From Phallusia mammillata (lineage: Eukaryota), in NCBI GenBank assembly GCA_965637545.1, contig OZ281497.1, positions 20,956,001 through 21,020,000 on the forward strand: a stretch of DNA of 64,000 nt, given 5' to 3'. Below the pieces are notes generated by a model. The model was not told the origin of the DNA and ran no database searches. It saw only the letters and a program-made list of their open reading frames with translations. Every line of letters starts with the position of its first letter. The stretch's first letter is position 1. The position numbers and the translations under genes are program-made. Of this stretch, positions 13,801 through 22,441 are shown one piece after another.

Positions 13801-16488
13801 CAGAAACAATTAAGCTCATTGTTTTAGTTACGTTGTGTTATTTTATTGCTTTGTTTCTTGCTTTGTTAAGGGCCGGTGTACAGAAAGTATCTCCATAAAC
13901 TTGTTTCGTTTTTGTTTTCAGAAAATGTCACCACACCGATCGCAACAGCACCAGGTAATGTTATCTTTGCGAAAATACACAAATGTCGAAAGCTTAAAAC
14001 ATTTTTTTTCTTCTTATTTTGCAAATGAGTTGCCGACAGTAACTTCTGCTTTTTTACATATTATCAAGTTGCACCTATAACGATGACATACATCACAGCT
14101 GTGTATTTTAAATATTTGTTTTAAAGCATTTGGGCAATTATCATAACATAGAGTTAAAGTTTTTTTTTTCCAAATCAATGCGCAAATTACCACCCTTCTT
14201 CGTTTTATAGCAGAGATTTCTTCCACTTACCCACCAACAAGACCAGGTAAGTCCATTTTGAAAATATTTTCTGAAATGTTAAAGAAGCATCATGCCGTAC
14301 TAAACGTTAAACAAAGTTGTGGCACTAATAACGCTTGGCGCTTCTACCGCAACTAAGTCTAACAATTTTTTTAGGACTTTTTCTAAATTGCTATATTTTC
14401 TTCGATCTGTTCCAGGTCCTACTACCGTTCTACCTATTACTACCGTTCCACCAACTGCAGTACCAGCAGGTAACAAACATTTCTAAAGTATTTTTCAATA
14501 AATTAAAAGCAGGACCATGTAAACAAAGTTGTGTTCCATTCAGTTGCCGCTTCTTTTTTATCCAGGTTTAAAACATTAAAAACACATATTTATTACAGAA
14601 ATAAATGACAAGCAATAACATATTCATTACAGAAATGTTTTTTTTTTACTTTCGTACATGGCACGAGCAAAAAGACATCTATATATATATATTTATATAT
14701 AAGATATATTCTATTGTAATCGTCAGGTGTCGAAACGTTGTGATGTTTTAGACACAAATACTGGCTTGTACCTTTTTGCTTAGACCAGTGGACATTTTCA
14801 ATGGGCCACAGAGCCATTTGAACAGATTCTACTGTTTTGTTATACTATAAATATTATGCGCTTTGTTTTGAAAAACATAATATTTGCAATACAATAATTA
14901 TTTAGCAAGAAAGGTCATTGCTTCCTGTGATATTTGCTGTGTTCTGTCATCAACAGAGCCGAGAATTCTGAATCTTGTAGGCAAATTTCAGGAGCATGTA
15001 TTTCATTAAAAATAAATTGATAACACCATTTCGCCTGCTGATGCGTTAAATTTTCATAGAAATTGTTTTTGCCCAAATTTACAGCACGTGTTGAGCCACG
15101 AATCGCTATTAAATAGACATTCGGGCCACGGACCAAAAAAGTTTGGGAACCCCTGGCTTAGAGTATGGAACTGTGCATTGTTTACGTAAGTGTATAGCAT
15201 GATTTTTTTGCTGTGTTATAGACAATTCCAGCAGACCGACCAACACTTCACCAACTTTTCCACCACCCCCCGGTATACATGTTGCATAAAATCTTTCGTT
15301 GTCGAAACGTTGCGATGTTTTACACACAAATATTGGCTTGTACCTTTTAGCTCATATACGGAACCGTGCATTATATACCTAATTATAGAGCATGCTGTTT
15401 TGTGTTATAGGCAATACCAGCAGACCGACCAACTCATCATCAACGTTTCCACCACCGCCTGGTACATGTTGCATAAAATGCTGTTTTAAAGTAGTAAATA
15501 TTTGCTTCCCGGTGTAAAAAATCTCAAGCCTACTAATCTGTTTTCCATAACTTCGGGAATAGTTACACACGCGTTCCTACATAACATACTGTTGCATTAT
15601 GCGTAGAAAACGATTTTGTACTGTAAATGAAAAGGTGAAATAGGTTTTTAATCGTGAGGTGTTTTTATTGTAGGAAACTTTACTGTTCGTCCGACCAACA
15701 CTACCTCTACTTCCACATTTAGTCCAGGTACAAAATTTTTCCTGACCACTTTAATATTTATTGTTAAACAATCTGTAGATGTATACGCATTTCTGCATTA
15801 ACTTATTACGGATGAGATATGACTTGGTAAACGTTCTTGGTTTATGCACAGTCTGCAAAACTATTTGTACCAAATAAGGTACAAGTCGGAAAAAATTAAC
15901 CTGCAAAAAATAAATTTGAATTTTAGGAAACTTTACTTTTCGCCCAACAAACTTCACATTTACGACTCCACCACCGTCAACTGGTGCACCAGGTACGTTT
16001 CAATTTACTCAAACACTGCAATTACCACTTAAATCACTGCGACGTGTAAACTCCAGTGCGTTTTTAATCACACAATACATATCACTTCTAATTTACCTGC
16101 AATGCTTTAAACTTATTCTGTTGTAGGAGATTTTTGCACACGACAACAGTCCGCTTACCTGCGTCAGTTGAGACAGTACAGGACCATGCTTGTCGACTGG
16201 GACGGCTCTATTCAGAATTGCCTTGCCTGCGACAAACGCACTTGCTTGGCTGAGTACGAGCGTCAGCCCTTTACCGCCTACCTGTACAGGCTTGAGGCCT
16301 GGTTCATCTACTTCGACCAGTGGAAGCGTGAATATGAAAGTTTTGTGTACAGCCAGCAGGGTGGGTGGTCAAACGACTGCGCTCTTCGCGTAAGGCGCCA
16401 GTATTTAGAGTTCGTGTGTCTATGGAAAAGCAAGCTTGATCTGTGGAAATATGCATACAAGCAGTGGGTGGACTGTGGTAAATACTAA
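75..16488 (+). CDS. Multi-VWA-domain, mucin-like extracellular protein (5' end upstream of window), with Pro/Thr stalk and aromatic-rich C-terminal domain
   Basis: Hand-spliced, phase-compatible GT-AG exons: 75-172, 573-757, 1110-1280; 2836-3007, 3132-3285, 3357-3454, 3855-4039, 4392-4544; 6100-6271, 6396-6549, 6621-6718, 7119-7303, 7656-7808; micro-exons 13922-13954, 14211-14246, 14416-14469, 15222-15272, 15411-15461, 15674-15727, 15927-15992; last exon 16127-16488 (TAA). VWA hallmarks: IDIVFLVDSTSS, VAILQYG, GNTFTATAIERA, FLILTTDG, VYAIGIG. Confidence 0.85.
1110..1280 (+). repeat. Coding (ACA)n / (GCAACA)n repeat in the Thr-rich linker exon (also 4392-4544 and 7656-7808)
   Basis: Encodes PTTTQQTTTTTTSTTTPS...(TA)n, with 8 Thr-Ala repeats in the first copy and 5 in the other two (18-bp difference). 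Confidence 0.95.
2639..2690 (+). ncRNA. Minimal type-I hammerhead ribozyme-like motif (Penelope-like-element type), copy 1
   Basis: CTGATGA core 2648-2654; extra A; stem II GACG-A-CCT / AGG-A-CGTC with GTAT loop; GAAA 2676-2679; palindromic ACGT stem III; GTC triplet 2681-2683; stem I TTATT(TA)CC / GGAATAA; overlapping AATAAA downstream. Confidence 0.65.
5903..5954 (+). ncRNA. Minimal type-I hammerhead ribozyme-like motif, copy 2
   Basis: Identical to 2639-2690, offset 3264 (core CTGATGA starts at 5912). Confidence 0.65.
9800..10130 (+). mobile_element. Degenerate non-autonomous DNA transposon (same family as 38152-38513 and 60887-61083)
   Basis: Starts CAGAGTTGTAAACGGGCC, has internal CAGAGTGTAAAGTCAGGC and repeated CCCGAA/CCCGAC motifs shared with the other two copies. 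Right end and TSD not resolved. Confidence 0.55.
14786..15155. mobile_element. hAT-type MITE in an intron of the VWA gene
   Basis: Right end GTTTGGGAACCCCTG, degenerate left end CAGTGG, flanks GCTTAGAC / GCTTAGAG (7 of 8 match). The paralogous intron 15273-15410 lacks the insert. Confidence 0.75.
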
Positions 16489-19114
16489 AAAAGCTGAAAT
16501 TAACAACAAACCTGACATTTTTATTGTACGTTTTCGGCGTAGTTCCATCAGTTGATTTTAAATTGTACATTTTTCTTCAAAGTATGTCATACAGTTTGCA
16601 ATTAAATTGTACATTTTTCTTCAAAGTATCTTGTACAGTTTGCAATAACTAACCAAAGTGTTCTTGGATTATTTTTTTTGCATTTTTTTACGCACATTGA
16701 CGACATTTTGTTGAGTGAAGTGAGCGTTCTAATATGCAGACAACCAAGAAACTGTATATGTTTGTTTAAAATGAATTTCATTTTTGAACGGTTTTTTACG
16801 CAGTTGCCGAAATTAACTAACATATAACTTTTGGTCGAAGAAACCATTTTTTTTAAAGCTAGCTGGCCGGGACATGGTGCAGTTTTGCTTCAAAACGGCA
16901 ATCGCTCAACTGTAACGCATCACGTGCAGATGAAATGGGCATGTCAAAAGCTATTTTTTTGCACTGAAACATAAGACGTGACAATAGATGGTGTAGCCAG
17001 GAGATGCAGCTGCACGAATATCAAGCGTCTTAACTGATCTTGAATAAACTGTTCTGCTGGTCGACTTAGTTTCTTAGACTGCCCTATTCTTGATTCCTTC
17101 TAGTGTATTATATATGTCTCTTGAGATCATGATGCATTTATTTATTGCCATGATGCTTAAGGCCTGCTGGATAGGGACGACTTGATACACAAAACACCAC
17201 TTTTCCTGCCTGTTTATTCTGGTTATTCTGCACGCATAGAATCTCAGTAAACCCAGGGGAAGAATACACCCATAAAAAACAATAAAACACAAGCGTTTTA
17301 GACAGAAACTCATATTTCTTGCGAGTAAACTCTCGACGTCAATTGCACATATTCACGACATCGGAGTTCATAATGCTTATAATAGTATTTTATGCATTGA
17401 TCAACAATACGTCAACATGAACTCCCAGGAAAATCAGTTTACATCTTGTGATATTTTGTGCTTTAACTTTATCGTAGATATGTCAAACGACACCTAAAAG
17501 TCATAAGAATCAATGCCACACCACGAAAAAAGATTACATGATCATGTTGTCAAACCTCTAATGTTAGTAAGCTCAATCACATGTTGTTCAAACTTTGCAA
17601 CTTCGGGAAAAAGAACATATTCACGTATAAATCTCACACAAAAACACTGGGAAGTGCCATTTTTCACGACGGTGTATTCGTTCTGGAAATGAATATTGAT
17701 TTGAACCATCGATATGACCGCTAGGAACATTTTCACACAGTTTCCCATTGACGTTATGCTTGACAAGAAAGTCAGCAAGACATTTTGGCCTGTGTTACAC
17801 ATGTCAAAAACTGTTATGTTTTTTGTTCACACACATTTGCTAACATATTTCCTGCCAATAAGTGGACTGATAATGAAAAGCTAGATTTACCATATACTTT
17901 TGATGAGATAGATTTAAGGGTAGTTCTCAACCGTTTAAAAATTACGCACCCCTTGACAAAAATTACAAGGCAAATTAACCCCACACCAAAAAAATGGTTA
18001 ATACAAGTTAGGTTATATCAGTACATAAATAAGGGAATCTTAGCTCTTAAAAGTATAAAATATTTTCGACAGAACTCTGTTAAAGTGTATTACGTCAGTA
18101 AAGCGGCACAAAACGCGGCAGCCGAAGAGCATATACCGTGGGAATCGGAAACCAGGTTATCCAACCGCTCGGTCATAACAAGGTCGTGGCTTTGCAAACT
18201 GTCAGAGCGAATTGTGTTTTGTAGGTTTTAACTTGGTCGATCATTCTAAGCAAGTTTTAATTAAACTGCCGACTTTGAAATTGTTGCTATCAGTGCATGT
18301 AAACTGCTTAGGTTTTCTTAACTTACGCCGAAAACGAATTCGTTTTTAAAACCAACAAGCAGGTTAACAGTTTCAAAATAAAATAATTTTGTGTGGTAAG
18401 TTTTGTGACAATATCAGAACAAAAGTTCAATGTGTCTAATGCTATGTTTGCTAATATGTGCATAATGGCTCTCACAACAATGTCGAAACCTTTGTGCCTT
18501 TGATGCACTTTGACCGTTAACACCAATTGCGTTTGCATTCACTGCTTTCGTGTGAAATCATTTACATTACATCCGGACCATATGTGCTTCCTGTTTTTAA
18601 AACTATCACACATTCGCACGGCTGTGCTGCAGTTTTGCAGAACTGTACCGCAAGTTGTACACGCTACGTGGAATTAGGCTGTTAAGTTGATAAAAGTTAA
18701 GAATTTTTTTGTAGATAGGGCTTAAGGCAGGCAATGTTATTTATTACTCCCTTCTGAGAAAGGGCAGGGCCCATTTGGTGCGTTACTATGAGGACGGTAG
18801 ACTATTGTTGATGGCGCCAAACTGGCAAAAACCGCCTGAGGCTAGACATTTCGATACCAGCGGGAGAGTAATTGTGAAACAGGCCTCAGTGGGAGTCGCA
18901 AAGCAGACCAGAACACCAGACTACCGTATGTCTGTAAACGCTAGCAACAACTGGTTTATATCAAATCAAGCATTCTATTGCTGTTGACTTCACTAGGCCT
19001 TCGAATGGTTAATAATTTGAGTCATTATATTTTTTTGCAGATTTCTTACAGTTGTACCAAGGTGTTGCTCATGAGAGCATTTGATAGTAGAAACGGGCAA
19101 TATATTTAATCATC

Positions 19115-20637
19115 ATGTACGAGCGGGGAAGCGACATCAGACAGTTCTTTCTTGATATAACTAACGACGACAATTGGGAGCGTAGGTGGCTGCAATCGTT
19201 TCAAATAAATGGAAGAGAACTGTTTAAAGTGGAACCGATGCCGACATGGAACCAGCTCGGGAATGGAACGGTGTCATTTGGCTGTTGTGTACCAACCTGG
19301 AACGACATCACCCAAAGCCGTGTTCTGAAATCTGGTTTTAGAGACATTTACCGACAAATTTGGAACAGCAAACTTTCAGTCCAACAAGCACAGAAGATGA
19401 GCTTCAAAGCGTTTGTTCTGCTTCAATTTGAAGTGGTTCGACGCTGGGATGACGATATTGGTTGTTTATCCAAAGACGTCGTAGCTGAGGGAATAGATAT
19501 AGCGTTGCATTTGGACCACGCTCATGGCTATCACCTTATGACAGGAATTTTCCAGGGAACATTAGAGGAGAGGCAACTTTGTTTTGATGCTCTTAAAAAG
19601 TAAGTGTTCATAAAGAGCCATTTTTATTATTTTAGTAGCTTACAGCATGAGAATAGCAAGTTCTGTACTAGATTATTTTGGTCAATTTACGTTGCATTTT
19701 TTTAAAGCATGCCATTCAAAAGCAATAGTAATTTACAAAGCATGCATATTTTTTAGGAAGTATATACGCCAACGTTGCTCTCCAAAAAATATTTGGAAAC
19801 CAGTTTATCCAGTGGTAAGAGCTTCCGTAATCTGTACATTTTTTCTGTTAAAAACTATTTGATACCACACAAGTCGCGAAAAACACACCAGAAATGAATA
19901 ACACTTTAGATTAAAAAAATGCATTTTTTCTCATAATCGGTAATTCAGTAGCATCGCTTTTAATGTATCTTGCATTGTATTTAAACATAAGAATTCAGAG
20001 CCACACTAAAACGCAGCTGCAGTGGTCGGCAAACGCAGCGCCTATAACGAACTTCTCGCTGACCGACACCGGACCGCGGACCGGCGGTTGCCGACCACTG
20101 CATTAGGGCACCCTAAACGTTTCTGTTTGTTTGCAGTACATTCACCAACTCAAAAAACTACATGGCCATCAAATTCTGGATATATTTCTGGGGATCTTCA
20201 GTTCTGATAACGGATACGCCGATCACGATTTCCGGTTGGGTCGCAGAACTTTCTTCAACTTGAAGCTGCGGCCAAGTCCAAACCAACAAGGAAACGCTCG
20301 TCTACAATTTTATCCAAAACTTGACACGAGCGTTTGCTTTCAACAAGGGTTTGCTCGACATTACTCTACTTTATCTGATTGTATTTTGGGGCAATTTCGC
20401 CATGTGAATGACCACAATCCGGATTTTCAGGCATTTGTAACAATGCAGTTTGAGATAGCTCGACGATTTAAAAACGACTTTCACCAACTCACTACTCAAA
20501 TGGTGAGAGAGGGAATAGAATCTGCTTTGGATTTGGACGACGATGAGGGCTACGAGCTGATGCAGGGCATGTTTGAAGGTTATTACGACGACAAAATGGC
20601 TTGCTATTTGGAGCTCATGCAATATGAAGGATATTAA
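19115..20637 (+). CDS. Orphan protein built from two homologous ~160-aa units (exons about 19115-19599 and 20137- or 20202-20637)
   Basis: The two ORFs align over their length; the C-terminal 65-residue block has 28 identities without gaps by hand count (AFVxxQFExxRRxxxD...VxEGIxxALxLDxxxGYxLMxGxFxG...C). GTAAGT donor at 19600; polypyrimidine acceptor ending 20136. Exact junction and 5' end are uncertain. Confidence 0.7.
20020..20100. mobile_element. 81-bp internally deleted hAT-like element
   Basis: Inverted termini CAGTGGTCGGCAA / TTGCCGACCACTG; no matching TSD. Confidence 0.55.
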
Positions 20638-21367
20638 AGTTCAAATGAAACTGTTTTTGTACAACCAACACGGTTGGTCGCAAACTTTTAAGCTCAGCGC
20701 TCACGAGTCGTTTATGTTTTTCATATAAACAGTTGTGAATTGTATTGTAAATGTAAATACGTTTTTGACTCACAAAACCGAAATTTGTTTTGTTCGTATG
20801 TATAGTTCTTCAAAGCGATTTTGTAAATCGTTAATGCAGTTTTGAATGTGTAATACACCAGGGTTACTTGACAAGAATGGTGGTTTATTCGTTAAAATGT
20901 CGCATACGTTGCGGAGGATACTGCCAATAGTAATAACAATAACAAAAACATACGATTAGGATAGTACGAGTGTGAAAAAAGGCAGTTTAATAGGGTCGAA
21001 GTAGTATCAAATAACAAATAAAGACATGATTGAAACTTTTAAACAACAAAAGGGTACATGCTGCCTTTTTAAGTTAGTGTCGAATAATCAGGGTTAGGCA
21101 ACTTTTTTTGCACTGCGGACAGGCCTTCAAAAAACAGCGAATGTTCAGCAATGAACGTGTATCACTCCTCAAATAATTTATTTATTTAAACTGGCCGGCG
21201 CGGCCGTATGCAAGGATTGCATTACGTAAACATATAGCATTTAACCTGGAAAAGTATACATATTGGCAGCAAATTCCTCGCATACCGCCACCTCGACTAT
21301 TGATTTAAATAACGAACAAATACAACGATGGAAAATAACAAAAACTTCATCAATAATTTTGTCACGA

Positions 21368-22441
21368 TCAACTGTTGACCGAAGAATAGCCACAATACGA
21401 GAACGGAAACACGATGCTTTTCCAATTGGTGTAAGTGTACAGCAGGCAAAGGAGATTGAGAAGGATGTTGAGCTCGTACAGGACACTCAACGCTATCAAT
21501 GGTGTTGTCTGTGGGATCCATATTGCCACCAGAGCCCCTATGGCGTCAGTGCTTATTCCCACTGTTGAACTGAACAAAGCACGTTTGACGCATTTCATCA
21601 GTCGTTTTGAGGACTTGGCATTGGTAGAGGAGCGAGATCCATTTCTGGAAATCTTTCTGTCCGTGGGTGATTTCATATTTTTGTTGTGGCTAACAATCGG
21701 GTAGACAAACAGAAAGGTCAGGCAAGCTTGAACTGTTACTGTCGAGCTGGCCAGGAAAGCGAAAGGCACATAAGGCTGAACTTTCAACGAAGAAATTATT
21801 GGCGAACACCCATACACTCCGGCCCCGTAATCTCTCCACCACAAATGCAAGAAGAGGGCGGCACTGACAGACCCAAGCATAAGGAAGTATGTCAAAAAGC
21901 TAAACGCCTGTAGTCCTTTCGAGCGAATATGACGAAGCAACGGATTGCCGTAGAACGCCAGCTGGCGGCACCAGAGAAACACGTGACAAGAATGGATTGT
22001 GAGGGCCGTAATTACGATCATGGCTTTTCCGAGAACGTTGCAAGCTTCGTCAGATTGTATGCCGAGATACATAAGAAGTTGCTCCTCCAAGACCCGTACA
22101 AAGTTAAACGAGAACGACACCATCAGAAGAAGATACATCCACCTCCCTGGATCTTTCTTCCAGCTCTTGTAGTTAACTTTACCAACCGTTGCTCTTCTTT
22201 CGTTGCTGTAAGACTCCACCTCTGATGAGGCCGAATGCCCATTGGTGCTGCGCCGACCTGGCCGGTTCGCAAAACGTTCCAGGTGGCTGCTGGCGTTGAG
22301 GCGCATCTGACGACAGACGAACAAAGTGACGCAAAGAAGAAGATACACTGAGATGGTTGCCATGACGATTGACGAGGACGCGCAAGCGTACCAAACAATG
22401 TCGGTCATAGTTGCATTTCCGGTTACCAAAGGTCGTGACAT
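21368..22441 (-). CDS. Atypical 7-transmembrane (GPCR-like) receptor, 357 aa, uninterrupted ORF
   Basis: Seven hydrophobic segments; N-terminal NAT sequon; Cys at the top of TM3 (EACN) and in ECL2 (YGCS); FLWCRQLAFY where rhodopsin-class receptors have DRY; LFVYP at the end of TM5; basic ICL3. Confidence 0.8.
   Translation of the reverse strand: MSRPLVTGNATMTDIVWYACASSSIVMATISVYLLLCVTLFVCRQMRLNASSHLERFANRPGRRSTNGHSASSEVESYSNERRATVGKVNYKSWKKDPGRWMYLLLMVSFSFNFVRVLEEQLLMYLGIQSDEACNVLGKAMIVITALTIHSCHVFLWCRQLAFYGNPLLRHIRSKGLQAFSFLTYFLMLGSVSAALFLHLWWRDYGAGVYGCSPIISSLKVQPYVPFAFLASSTVTVQACLTFLFVYPIVSHNKNMKSPTDRKISRNGSRSSTNAKSSKRLMKCVKRALFSSTVGISTDAIGALVAIWIPQTTPLIALSVLYELNILLNLLCLLYTYTNWKSIVFPFSYCGYSSVNS

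Noticed and set aside
9061-13900. Possible additional exons or a nested gene in the 6.1-kb intron of the VWA gene
   Set aside because: Candidate AG/GT-bounded segments I tried hit stops and the ORF-track peptides show no motifs; a small exon could still have been missed.
17785-18231. 148-aa ORF
   Set aside because: Non-ATG start, AT-rich low-information composition, no domain signal or consistent splice sites.
22222-22240. CTGATGAGGCCGAA, resembling a hammerhead core
   Set aside because: No stem II closure or GAAA/stem III; lies antisense within the 7TM coding sequence.
21241-22398. Several 70-100-aa ORFs overlapping the 7TM gene (likewise those overlapping both transporters)
   Set aside because: Shadow frames of long genuine ORFs with no independent features.
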